Shown here: piece by piece, positions 39,151-48,490 of the stretch
How positions within the stretch are numbered: the stretch's first letter is position 1
Layout: every line of letters starts with the position of its first letter
Source of the DNA: Candidatus Bathyarchaeum tardum
GTDB taxonomy: Archaea > Thermoproteota > Bathyarchaeia > Bathyarchaeales > Bathyarchaeaceae
Direction: 5' to 3'
Assembly (NCBI GenBank): GCA_024650005.2
Contig: CP122380.1
Location: 2,048,001 to 2,112,000, forward strand
Length of the DNA: 64,000 nt
Program-made: the position numbers and the translations under genes
The notes under the pieces: model-generated
Seen by the model: the letters and a program-made list of their open reading frames with translations, nothing else
Databases searched by the model: none
Told to the model about the DNA's origin: nothing

Positions 39151-39361
39151 ACCAATCAATGTTCATAATTAAAATTTTTAGTTAAAAACTCTAAAATCAA
39201 CCTTTCAGGAACCATGTAAATTATGAAACAAAAAAACGTTAACATAAGTAAACGCATTCCCATTTTTTGATGAACTATAACAAGAAAAAACTGCTTCGAA
39301 TATGACAAAAGAACGAAAAAAGATGAAAAAAAATAACTTATACTTTCATTGAGTTCTCTAC

Positions 39362-39387
39362 TTCTGAAAGTATTCGTCTAGCTTAAA
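39362..39387 (+). promoter_or_regulatory. Conserved promoter element, copy 3 (wHTH B)
   Basis: TTCTGAAAGTATTCGTCTAGCTTAAA; 23/26 identical to the core of copy 2. Confidence 0.6.
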
Positions 39388-39432
39388 AGTTCTTAATTAC
39401 TTATCCTTATTTCACACAAGGGGGGTTTTCAT

Positions 39433-39762
39433 CTGAATCTTGAAAGACTGATAGCCTCATCGTGCAGGCAAAAAATATTGATAGAACTATCAAAAGTTAA
39501 ATCAATTAACATCATGGCACTTGTACGCAGAACAAACAGCACATACATTGAAGTGAACAGGAACATAAGAATTCTAGAAAAAGAAGACATAATCACAGAC
39601 CAACGTATAGGCCGTATGCGAATCATCAAACTTATTCGAGAAAATCAAAAAACAATATTGCTGTTACAGGCTTTAAAGATACTTACCAAACAACCAACAA
39701 CAAGACCCAGTAAGGACTGTTTTCCTCCCAGTTCCGGACTGCAAATAACAGCTTCATTGTAA
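39433..39762 (+). CDS. wHTH transcriptional regulator, paralogue B (probable CTG start)
   Basis: CTG-NLERLIASSCRQKIL aligns with paralogue A from codon 1; G-rich RBS upstream. Confidence 0.8.
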   Translation: MNLERLIASSCRQKILIELSKVKSINIMALVRRTNSTYIEVNRNIRILEKEDIITDQRIGRMRIIKLIRENQKTILLLQALKILTKQPTTRPSKDCFPPSSGLQITASL

Positions 39763-39877
39763 AAATAATCTATAGAATTGCTAATACCTCAACAATTAAC
39801 TAGTTACTCAAAACAGGAGGGAGCTGACAATAGCTGAAAACGTATACAATAAAATACTTCTTGGATTTAATAGAGGA

Positions 39878-40093
39878 TTGCACATAATCAATGCATGTAA
39901 TTCATCCCAAAATCCTAAATCAAGTAGATTTGCCATTTTTTGCGATCAAATCATTGATAGCACTATAGTAGGTGCCATAACAGGAATTTCAGCTTATATC
40001 TCAGCAGGGGAAAGCGCTTCAATCAATTCAGCATTACTAGCCTTTTTGCTTACAATGCTGATAAAAATGAAAGAATATCGAAACATTAAGTAA
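39878..40093 (+). CDS. Small two-helix membrane protein, holin-like
   Basis: Two short hydrophobic helices and a basic C-terminus (KMKEYRNIK); GAGGA upstream. Confidence 0.5.
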   Translation: MHIINACNSSQNPKSSRFAIFCDQIIDSTIVGAITGISAYISAGESASINSALLAFLLTMLIKMKEYRNIK

Positions 40094-40370
40094 CACTTTT
40101 TTTCCTAAATTACTAACACAATTATCTCATACATAGTCTCCAAAGAAAAGAAGGTCCTCAGAAAACAAAAATCAAGAATCAAATGGAAAATATTATTGGA
40201 TTTGTATCCTTCTTTTTTCCATTAAATCGACCGCCAAAAAATAAATTCTGGCTAACTCGTCAGCCAAAACATTTTTGATAATTAAACTTTAAAAATATTT
40301 TTTCCAATTTTTTAACACCAAGACATCTTCAATAAGATTAAATACCATCTTTGATTCAGACGATAGAGAC

Positions 40371-40465
40371 GGGCTGGTAGTTCAGTCTGGTATGAACGCT
40401 GCCTTCGCATGTTATATTACAGAAAAAGGCAGAAGCCGCGGGTTCAATTCCCGCCCAGTCCACCA
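40371..40465 (+). tRNA. tRNA-Ala (CGC) with a 17-nt intron (about 40410-40426)
   Basis: G3:U70 acceptor pair; CTGCC-TT-CGC-A[intron]A-GGCAG; encoded CCA. Confidence 0.92.
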
Positions 40466-40466
40466 A

Positions 40467-41042
40467 CTAAGTTTTGAATGAAGGCGGTTTCAAAGGTTTT
40501 GTTTCATTGGTTTGCAGTCGCCACCAGTTACCAAGCCGAGAGTAGACAATCCGTGCAGGAACAATGTTAATCAGGGCTTGGGTGCCGTTCATTACTCCTA
40601 AGGCAGGTAGGATGCCAACTACTACTGAGATGGGCATTCCGTAGAACACGGGAAGCAAGAAGTAATTGGCTATAGTCATGATTACTGTTCGGGACGTAAC
40701 TGACGCGATGGTTTTGGAAAGGAATCCTTTGCGTATTGCAGCAAAAGCGAGTATTGTTGCTAATTCTGCTATGATTTTAAAGATTCCACCGTAAATATTT
40801 CCACGCAAGAAAATGAAAGAACATCCAATGAGGCAGGTGTATATTGCTCCGATTGGACCAGTGAAAAGTAGACTGATCATCATTGGCATTCCGGTTAGGT
40901 CCCATGAGACTCTGTCGTAAAGGGGAAAAGGAATGTCAAAAGGAGGTCCAGGTATTATTTCAAAGACCCCGCTTAGAGCTGCTAGCATGCTAGCTACTGC
41001 AAGTTTTTTGGTGTCTAATTTGAGCATAAGGGTTTCACCCAA
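40467..41042 (-). CDS. ECF transporter S component
   Basis: Hydrophobic; FP.Y...SWD.TG.P, GP.GA, R..IM..ANY. Confidence 0.8.
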   Translation of the reverse strand: MGETLMLKLDTKKLAVASMLAALSGVFEIIPGPPFDIPFPLYDRVSWDLTGMPMMISLLFTGPIGAIYTCLIGCSFIFLRGNIYGGIFKIIAELATILAFAAIRKGFLSKTIASVTSRTVIMTIANYFLLPVFYGMPISVVVGILPALGVMNGTQALINIVPARIVYSRLGNWWRLQTNETKPLKPPSFKT

Positions 41043-41060
41043 TAATAAAGAAGGGTGTAC

Positions 41061-41117
41061 GCTAAATCATATTTATATTTTTCGAAAAACAATATGTCAT
41101 TTTTGCTAAATCATATT
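41061..41117. promoter_or_regulatory. Direct-repeat operator pair GCTAAATCATATT upstream of the ECF gene
   Basis: Exact 13-mers at 41061-41073 and 41105-41117; related copy at 41447-41470. Confidence 0.5.
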
Positions 41118-41124
41118 GATTGAT

Positions 41125-41412
41125 TTACATCATCTTCTTAACTGCAGCAACACACTGTTTAATCAGCTCAGCATTTTTTAAATAAATAACCCGGGAACGC
41201 CCAACATCATAGACGCCCACTAAGCCACATTCTTCAAGCACCCCAATGTGACGGTAAACTGCAGCATAGTCCTTTTCAATCACTTGAGCTACCGCCTTTA
41301 TATGCAAGGGCCGCTGGGTTTCACTTATTAACTCAATGATTTTGAGTCTTGTTGGACTACCCAAGGCGCTGAATATTGCAGAAACTTGTTGCAGTTGCTT
41401 TTCGTCAATCAT
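41125..41412 (-). CDS. ArsR-family wHTH regulator
   Basis: FSALGSPTRLKII...VYRHI.VLE..GLV...GRSR. Confidence 0.88.
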   Translation of the reverse strand: MIDEKQLQQVSAIFSALGSPTRLKIIELISETQRPLHIKAVAQVIEKDYAAVYRHIGVLEECGLVGVYDVGRSRVIYLKNAELIKQCVAAVKKMM

Positions 41413-41542
41413 AAATAACCACATTTATTGTGTATGCATCTAATTTATGACATTTTCGCTAAACATCATTTAGTTGTTACCAAATTGGGTGCAAGCATGA
41501 AAACTGTTTTATTAGTAAAAAGTTAACCTGATTTGACCCAAA

Positions 41543-42676
41543 ATGAAAAGCCGAATAATTCCGTTAATTGTAGTGTTTGTTCTTTTGCTTTCAACCATAA
41601 CAACTACAGCTGCTGGAGCAAACTCAAGCCCAAAAACAATCACTGTCCCTGACGATTACAAAACAATCCAAGAAGCAATCGACGCCGCAAACAGTGGTGA
41701 CACCATTGCAGTTAAAGCAGGAATTTACAACGAAGAATGGGTTTCTATAGAAAAATCTGTTTCAGTGATTGGAGACAACCAAAAAAGTGTGCTAAAATAT
41801 CACAGTTCTTTGGGATTAATCGTAACAGCAGATAACGTGCATATTAATGGATTCACTGTAACTGGTTTTGACCCCATGCAAGGTTACGCTATAAGCGTAT
41901 CAGGAGCAAAGGGCTGTGTTATCACAAACAATCAACTAAAAGACAATCTGGTTGGAATCTCGGTTTATGGTGCCTCATCAAGGAACACGGTTTCAGAAAA
42001 CGTTGTAACCCACAACAACCGCTCCATAGAACTCATTAACGCTCACAACAACATGATTACAGAAAACAACATAACAGCTGCATTGATTTCGGGAATTTCC
42101 CTTGATGAATCCACAGGCAACACCATCTCCAAAAACAGGATTTCAGAACTAGCAGATGGAATGGGAGCTCTTATGTTATGGAAATCCTCAAACAACACGG
42201 TAACCAAAAACTTGTTGAATAAAGGAACCTTATCAATTCTGGTTGGCTCCACCGGCAATACAATTTCAGAAAACTTTGTAATAAAAAGCACATACGGCGT
42301 ATACGTCGGACAATCTTCAGGAAACAAATTTTACCGCAACTACTTCCTTGACGTTAACCAGCCAGTGCTTGACAGTCAAACATCTCCAGATTTATTTTCA
42401 GAAAACAGCTGGGACAACGGCATTGAAGGAAACTACTGGAGCGACTACAACGGAACAGACACCGATAATAACGGAATAGGGGATTTTGTGTATCTCCTAT
42501 ATGGAAACAACCAAGACAATTATCCCCTTATGGATTTTCCTGCAATTTCAACAGAACCTGAGGCACTCTCAAAACCCAGTACACAGAATAGGTTACCTTC
42601 AGAAATAATAATAGGAATTGTGGTTATTGCAATCATCATCTCCATTGTAGCAACAATGAAACTGCGGAAAAAATAG
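41543..42676 (+). CDS. NosD-like beta-helix surface protein
   Basis: Signal peptide, TVPDDYKTIQEAI, GNYWSDY.G.D....GIGD, DNYPL, C-terminal TM. Confidence 0.88.
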   Translation: MKSRIIPLIVVFVLLLSTITTTAAGANSSPKTITVPDDYKTIQEAIDAANSGDTIAVKAGIYNEEWVSIEKSVSVIGDNQKSVLKYHSSLGLIVTADNVHINGFTVTGFDPMQGYAISVSGAKGCVITNNQLKDNLVGISVYGASSRNTVSENVVTHNNRSIELINAHNNMITENNITAALISGISLDESTGNTISKNRISELADGMGALMLWKSSNNTVTKNLLNKGTLSILVGSTGNTISENFVIKSTYGVYVGQSSGNKFYRNYFLDVNQPVLDSQTSPDLFSENSWDNGIEGNYWSDYNGTDTDNNGIGDFVYLLYGNNQDNYPLMDFPAISTEPEALSKPSTQNRLPSEIIIGIVVIAIIISIVATMKLRKK

Positions 42677-42693
42677 TATCAATCAGTTTTTTG

Positions 42694-43494
42694 TTATCTA
42701 TTTTTTCTGAAACCCAACAAAGAACGAACCGAAATGCTGCCATCATGTTTTTTCAGAGCAGCAGTTACGGCTTTTTTGGTTGCAACTGCAATCAATTCAC
42801 CCATTTTTGTGTGTCCACTGGTGCATTGAATGGCTCTTTTAGAACCGGTTCCCGAAACGATGATTACATGGTCGGTTCCTGTTCCAGTAGCCTGCTTTTG
42901 GGGAGTTAAACTGCTTTTGATTTTTAAATCTTGAAGAACAGCAGTTTTTGCTTCAGTTACAGTAATAATTGCCCGTGCCATCGCCGAGTCTGTTAACTTC
43001 GAGTTTGTTAAAACAATGATGTTGATAGTTCCAAGGGGACTAACATATATTCCGTTTCTTTCAGTCCAATCTGCTTTGTCTACACCCATACGAAGGGCGT
43101 TGCCTCCTGTGCCTGCAGAAGCAAAACAACATACTTTGAATTCTTCATAACTTTCTTTGGATAATGCAACGTGTTCCATGTTTACAGCCGTATTCAAAAG
43201 GGCAATTTCTTCAGGAACCAAACCTAACGTCTTGATTACTTTGTGGTCTATGCCTAAATCAAAATCAACGGGCAATTGGTCTCCAAAACTTTTTCGCACT
43301 TGCTCAAACAAACCCCCATCAACGTAAGCGTTACCAACAAAATTTACTTGTTTGAACGACTCTTTGGTAGAAAAAACTCGACGCTGATGCTCAAAAGAAA
43401 CAAGTAAGGTATTAAGCTGGAACCCATCGCAAACATTGTAAACTAGCTTAGCTTTGACACCATCTAAACCGATGTCTATTGGTTTTTCTTTCAT
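42694..43494 (-). CDS. cbiZ: Adenosylcobinamide amidohydrolase-like protein
   Basis: TAVNM, GTINI, TEAKTAVL, ATGTGTD, GHTK.GELI. Confidence 0.8.
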   Translation of the reverse strand: MKEKPIDIGLDGVKAKLVYNVCDGFQLNTLLVSFEHQRRVFSTKESFKQVNFVGNAYVDGGLFEQVRKSFGDQLPVDFDLGIDHKVIKTLGLVPEEIALLNTAVNMEHVALSKESYEEFKVCCFASAGTGGNALRMGVDKADWTERNGIYVSPLGTINIIVLTNSKLTDSAMARAIITVTEAKTAVLQDLKIKSSLTPQKQATGTGTDHVIIVSGTGSKRAIQCTSGHTKMGELIAVATKKAVTAALKKHDGSISVRSLLGFRKNR

Positions 43495-43531
43495 TTCTTA
43501 CCCTCCAGACACCCAAAGAGTGAATCTAAAA

Positions 43532-44641
43532 CTAATTATTGGAACCACCAAAAAAGCTTGTTATCTGTTTTTGCTGGTTTTCTTTTCTAGACAGACTGGA
43601 AACAGTAACACCTACCCTTCTCGCTTTTACGTCTGATTCTTCAAAGAATTTTTTGAAAAGTTCTTTCACTTCATCTTTTAGGATTTCCAAACTACTTGTA
43701 GAATTCTCAAAAGTGTTAGACCTGCTATGAACTTCCAGATTATCTCCAACAACTCGTATGGTCACGGTCCTGTAAAGCAACCCTTTAGCCAATAATCGGG
43801 CATGGACATCTTCACAGAGTTGGTAGGCTTTGTTCAAAATAACCGTCAAGTCTTGGGTGTCCTCTTTAAGGGTCGAAATTCTACCAACAGATACGGGATC
43901 ACCCCGTTCTTCAACTGGATCATCATCAATTCCTAGGGCGGCGTTATGAAAATAGGCACCTAGTTTTCTTCCAAAAAGATCTACCAACTGTTGCACGTCA
44001 AACTTAGCCAAATGACCAACAGTATGGACATTCAAAGTTTCAAATTTTTTTTCTGTCTTTTTTCCAACACCAACTAAACTGCGAACAGGCAATGGCGCCA
44101 AAAAACTAAGCACATATTCGGGAGGAACAACAGTTAACCCGTCTGGTTTTTGGTAATCAGCAGCAATTTTAGCTACAAGCTTGTTTGGTCCAACCCCTAC
44201 AGAACAAGTAAGTTGCTGTTGGCTGAAAACTTCATTTTTGATTGTTTTTGCCAACTTTTTAGCCCTTAAGTAACTGCCCCGGGTTTTTTGAGTTACATCC
44301 AAGTATGCTTCATCTACACTAACTTGCTCAAAACGGTCAGCGTAACTTCGCAATACATCCATTATGCGGTCTGAAATTTGCCCATAAAAGGGTTTGTCTA
44401 CAGGCAAAAACACGGAATCTACGCCTTCAAGTCGTTTTTTAGCAAGAGAAATGGGAATTCCAGATTTAACCCCATATTGTCGGGCTACATAATTTGCTGT
44501 GCTTACTGCTCCGCTGTCTTGGGTTCGCCCAGAATACACACAGACAACAACTGGTTTGCCTTTTATGGAAGGATTTCGGCGTTCTTCACATTGAGCAAAG
44601 AAATAATCCAAATCAACCAACATCACAATTCTGGCATGCAA
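43532..44641 (-). CDS. dinB: DNA polymerase IV (Y family)
   Basis: VDLDYFFAQ, ANY.AR..GVKSG, SVDEAY, NKLVAK.A.D..KPDG. Confidence 0.95.
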   Translation of the reverse strand: MHARIVMLVDLDYFFAQCEERRNPSIKGKPVVVCVYSGRTQDSGAVSTANYVARQYGVKSGIPISLAKKRLEGVDSVFLPVDKPFYGQISDRIMDVLRSYADRFEQVSVDEAYLDVTQKTRGSYLRAKKLAKTIKNEVFSQQQLTCSVGVGPNKLVAKIAADYQKPDGLTVVPPEYVLSFLAPLPVRSLVGVGKKTEKKFETLNVHTVGHLAKFDVQQLVDLFGRKLGAYFHNAALGIDDDPVEERGDPVSVGRISTLKEDTQDLTVILNKAYQLCEDVHARLLAKGLLYRTVTIRVVGDNLEVHSRSNTFENSTSSLEILKDEVKELFKKFFEESDVKARRVGVTVSSLSRKENQQKQITSFFGGSNN

Positions 44642-44779
44642 AATTTGGCAGCCCCATTAAACCAGTAAACACTAGATAAACTTTGAGAGTTGGAAGTTAA
44701 TAAACACTCCAAAAATAACAAACCATTCTTTTGTTTTCTATTAGAACAAGTTATATTATCAGACAGCTCAGTAATAATC

Positions 44780-45184
44780 ATGAATGCATGTATTCTATAT
44801 TACTCACAAACAGGGAACACCAAAAAATTTGCAGAAAAAATATCAAATTCTCTAAAAATTCCCACAACATATGACATGACAAGCAATGACGCCTCCGTTG
44901 CAAAACAACATGACATAATAATTCTTGGAACCCCAGTTCACGGATTTAATCCCTCAAAAGAATCTATAGAGTTTGTGAAACAGTTACCAGAAGGCAACGG
45001 AAAAAAAACAATCTTGTTCTGCACATACAGACTATGGAAAGGCAGAGTCTTTAGCAAACTGAAAGGCGAACTCAAAAAGAGGGGATATAGCACTATTTTG
45101 TGTGTTTCAGCAAAAGCTAAAGAATTCACTGACGCTGACTTTATTGCTCCTGTGCAAAAGATTGTAGAAACAATAAAAGAGTGA
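44780..45184 (+). CDS. Flavodoxin family protein
   Basis: YYSQTGNTKK, GTPV, FCT; start trimmed to ATG at 44780. Confidence 0.88.
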   Translation: MNACILYYSQTGNTKKFAEKISNSLKIPTTYDMTSNDASVAKQHDIIILGTPVHGFNPSKESIEFVKQLPEGNGKKTILFCTYRLWKGRVFSKLKGELKKRGYSTILCVSAKAKEFTDADFIAPVQKIVETIKE

Positions 45185-45195
45185 AAAAAGAGCCC

Positions 45196-47445
45196 CTACT
45201 TGTCTTGGACCGATTCTTCGTCGGTGTTAACCAAGGATTCTCGCAGGTAATCGTCTAAAGTTTCCCCTGGAACTACTTCGATGCTGTAGTCTTGAGGCTC
45301 AATAGAATGCTTGTAGTTCTTTGCTGGAACTATAACTTTTTTGAAGCCCCACATTTCTGCTGCTTTAATTTTTTCGTGAACTCCGCCAACTGCAGTAACA
45401 GGAACCACGTCGTGAACTCCAACATTAATTTCTCCGGTAACTGCGACGTCTTGCCTGATGGGTTTACCCTCTAACAAGGAACAAAGAAGAATAGTCATGG
45501 TTACTCCTGCGCTTGGTCCGTCTACACGATAAGCCTGAGCAAAATCAATGTGTGTAAAGAATTCTTGGGCAATATCAACACCGTATTTTTGTAAAATTAC
45601 ACTTCGGACTTTGCATACACTATCGGCGATGAACTGTTCTTGTCCTTCTTTGGCAATTCCGGTAACATTGTAGTAACCACGCAGGGATTTGTCAAATCGT
45701 TTGTCCCGTTTTTCTAAGAAGCCTTTGACAGCAAGAACGTTTCCAGTCATTTCTCCACTGTATGAATCTTTGACTACAGCAACACCATAAATCTGCCCTA
45801 ACTTGGAACCTTCGGGACTGATATCCAAAAGTTGTCCCCGTTCGCTCATTTGATGTTCAAGAATCTGTTTTTGGATCGTTTTACAGTGATTCTCAATGGC
45901 TTCTTTTACGTGCTTCGCTTCGACAAACTTTAGGTCTTCGTTCATGGCCAAAGTGCCTGCTGTTTTCACTATGGAAATCATTGGCCGAAGTTTAGTGGAC
46001 AAGGCATTGTTTTTATTGCTTCTTCTGCGACCTTCGTTAATTATTTCTTCACAGGCTTCTTTGCTGAAAGGAAGCAGCCTAAAACGAGAAACCTCTTGGG
46101 CAATAAACTGAACATACTTGCGGCGGTTCTCCATAGTGTTAGGCATGGTATTGTTCATGCGCACTACTTTGCCGTAACCATATATTCGATCCATCAACGC
46201 GGGATGAACTTGCCCGATGCTGTCGTAGTTCCCGGCACCCACTAAAAAGCACATACAAGGCACAGGTTCAGTAGCTACAGACATTGCTGCTGTTCCGCTT
46301 GCTCCCCCTAATCGGCTGCGCATAGTTATCGGTAACTGACCATCCTCTAAAACAGTCAACAAAGTAATTGCTTCATCAGGTGCCATGTTTTTTATTTCGT
46401 CAATGTATAAGATGCCTTGATGAGCACGGTGAACCCCACCGGCGGTTACTCTTTGATGTTCAGGAGTTCCCATTCCTCCAGTCTGGAAGGGATCCCATGC
46501 AATACTTCCAAACAGTTGAGCAGAGCCATGTCCAGTGGCATCAATAAAAGGCGCAGCTTTTTTGGAGTTGTCAACTATGAGTTTTGGAACCTTAGAAGAT
46601 TTTGCTCCCCCAATTCCTTTGGCGCCCCCCATTATGCCGAATCGTCCTAGCACTGTTACTAGAATCAGGAACATGAGCATCATTCCTGCCGGCAGAAAAG
46701 TTGTAGTTCCAATGGCCACGAAATTGTCTAACATGAAACTACCGAAGTTGCCATTGTACACAGTTTGAACAGGCTCACCAAAGGCGCCGGGCACGTTCAT
46801 GTCCCATGCAAGTTTTTCTTGCCAAAGGTAATAGAAGCCTGCAAACATGAAAATTGAAGCAACAATAATCATCAAATAGATTATTGCTTTTACTCCAATG
46901 CGTTGAAGGAACTGCCGTTTTGCTTCTTTGAGTTTTTGTTTTAAAAGAATTTTTTTCCCGTCACCTGCAGGGTGGGAAGAAATTTTTGGTTCACCTGGAA
47001 TGATGTCATTTTGCCAGCATACTACATCTTGGAGTTTAATGTCTTCTTTTTTGTAAAGTTCAGTTAAATGAACCGAAAGGGCACGACCAATCAAAGATTT
47101 ACCCGTGCCGGGATCTCCAAGCAAAAGCAAATATGGACCAGGAGGAGCAGTTTTTGTTACATTGGGTTTTTCTTTGTCGGGGTCTGTCCATGCGTCGTAC
47201 CATTTTTCTTGCTTGAGGTTTTTTAGTTTGTGAACCCATTCTTCTAAACAAAGATAACACTCATCAAGGGCACGTTCTTGCCCGATAACCCATTCAAGAA
47301 GATTATCAGAAACGGGATAACCCTTAGTGGACTCAAAATTTTTCCAGTCCCAGTTTTTGCCCCTGATAACTTCTGTATCTTCCCCGAAGTAGTCCAAGTT
47401 CTTAACTCCTGCCTTTTTTTGACTAGCAACATGTGCAGTTTGCAC
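45196..47445 (-). CDS. Archaeal membrane-anchored Lon protease (LonB type)
   Basis: VIGQ, GDPGTGKS, two TM inserts, YIDEI, DGPSAG Ser and EKIKAA Lys catalytic dyad. Confidence 0.93.
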   Translation of the reverse strand: MQTAHVASQKKAGVKNLDYFGEDTEVIRGKNWDWKNFESTKGYPVSDNLLEWVIGQERALDECYLCLEEWVHKLKNLKQEKWYDAWTDPDKEKPNVTKTAPPGPYLLLLGDPGTGKSLIGRALSVHLTELYKKEDIKLQDVVCWQNDIIPGEPKISSHPAGDGKKILLKQKLKEAKRQFLQRIGVKAIIYLMIIVASIFMFAGFYYLWQEKLAWDMNVPGAFGEPVQTVYNGNFGSFMLDNFVAIGTTTFLPAGMMLMFLILVTVLGRFGIMGGAKGIGGAKSSKVPKLIVDNSKKAAPFIDATGHGSAQLFGSIAWDPFQTGGMGTPEHQRVTAGGVHRAHQGILYIDEIKNMAPDEAITLLTVLEDGQLPITMRSRLGGASGTAAMSVATEPVPCMCFLVGAGNYDSIGQVHPALMDRIYGYGKVVRMNNTMPNTMENRRKYVQFIAQEVSRFRLLPFSKEACEEIINEGRRRSNKNNALSTKLRPMISIVKTAGTLAMNEDLKFVEAKHVKEAIENHCKTIQKQILEHQMSERGQLLDISPEGSKLGQIYGVAVVKDSYSGEMTGNVLAVKGFLEKRDKRFDKSLRGYYNVTGIAKEGQEQFIADSVCKVRSVILQKYGVDIAQEFFTHIDFAQAYRVDGPSAGVTMTILLCSLLEGKPIRQDVAVTGEINVGVHDVVPVTAVGGVHEKIKAAEMWGFKKVIVPAKNYKHSIEPQDYSIEVVPGETLDDYLRESLVNTDEESVQDK

Positions 47446-47638
47446 GTACCTTGATTATAGCCCGTGCTGTCCTGAAACTGAAAAACAATAAATGAAAAGA
47501 TAAACTGCTATTACCAAAAGCAAAACATTCCGAAACGGTAGTATAGTTGCCATTTCTGGGTTAGTTTTTGTGCAAGAAGATTTTATTAGTGAGTTGGTTT
47601 GGAACTGTTAGTTACAAGGTAATTGGATGTAAACCAGG

Positions 47639-48439
47639 ATGAAAAACAACATTGCAGTTATTGGCGCAGGCGTAATTGGCGGTTCTGTTACAAAGAGCCT
47701 TTTGAAAAGTGGACATAAAGGCAAAATTACAGTAGCCGACGTTCAACTGGAAAAAGCTAATGAACTAGAAAACATGGGTGCAGTATTAACCAGTGATAAT
47801 AAAAAGGCAGCAAAAAATGCTGATGTTGTTTTTTTGTGTGTGAAACCAAACATCTTAAAGTCAGTTTTAGAAGAAATCAGCAAAGAAGTTGAAGGCAAAC
47901 TTGTGGTTTCTACAGCTGCAGCGGTTACTGTTCAGTTCTGTAAACGGGTAGCACCTAAAGCCCGTATTGTAAGAGTAATGCCTAATGTTGCTATTTCGGT
48001 GCAAGAATCTTTCACTGCTTATTGTTGTGACAACGATGTAACTGAGCAAGACAAGCAAACTATCAAAACATTTCTGGATTTGATGGGAAAATCCATGGAA
48101 ATTGATGAAAAATACATGGATGCAGTAACTGCAGTCAGTGGAAGCGGACCGGGATACCTTTCAATTATTGTAGAGGCTCTAGCCTACGCGGGCTTAAAAG
48201 TTGGTTTGCCCCGAGATTTGGCGTTGCAAAGTGCAGCTCAAGCAGTTTTGGGAACTGCAAAACTTGTTTTAGAAACAGGACTAAGTCCTGCTCAGATACG
48301 GGACAATGTTACAACTCCAGGTGGAACCACCATTGAGGCAATTTATGAAGTTGAAGGCAGCCAGATCAGGCAAGCTTTAGTTCGAGCTGTTGAAGCAGCA
48401 ACCAAAAAGAGTGAAACCATCAGAAAAAACTGGGAATAA
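47639..48439 (+). CDS. proC: Pyrroline-5-carboxylate reductase
   Basis: IGAG..G, VKP, RVMPN, SGSGPGY, VTTPGGTT. Confidence 0.95.
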   Translation: MKNNIAVIGAGVIGGSVTKSLLKSGHKGKITVADVQLEKANELENMGAVLTSDNKKAAKNADVVFLCVKPNILKSVLEEISKEVEGKLVVSTAAAVTVQFCKRVAPKARIVRVMPNVAISVQESFTAYCCDNDVTEQDKQTIKTFLDLMGKSMEIDEKYMDAVTAVSGSGPGYLSIIVEALAYAGLKVGLPRDLALQSAAQAVLGTAKLVLETGLSPAQIRDNVTTPGGTTIEAIYEVEGSQIRQALVRAVEAATKKSETIRKNWE

Positions 48440-48490
48440 CCATTTAGTTAACCAAAAAGTTAATCCAATAAAAAAAGAAAAGTGAATACC

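Noticed and set aside
28889-40370. Intact provirus integrated at tRNA-Ala
   Set aside because: No integrase, capsid, portal or terminase; the region lies on the 5' side of the tRNA and no duplicated tRNA 3' end (att) was found by eye
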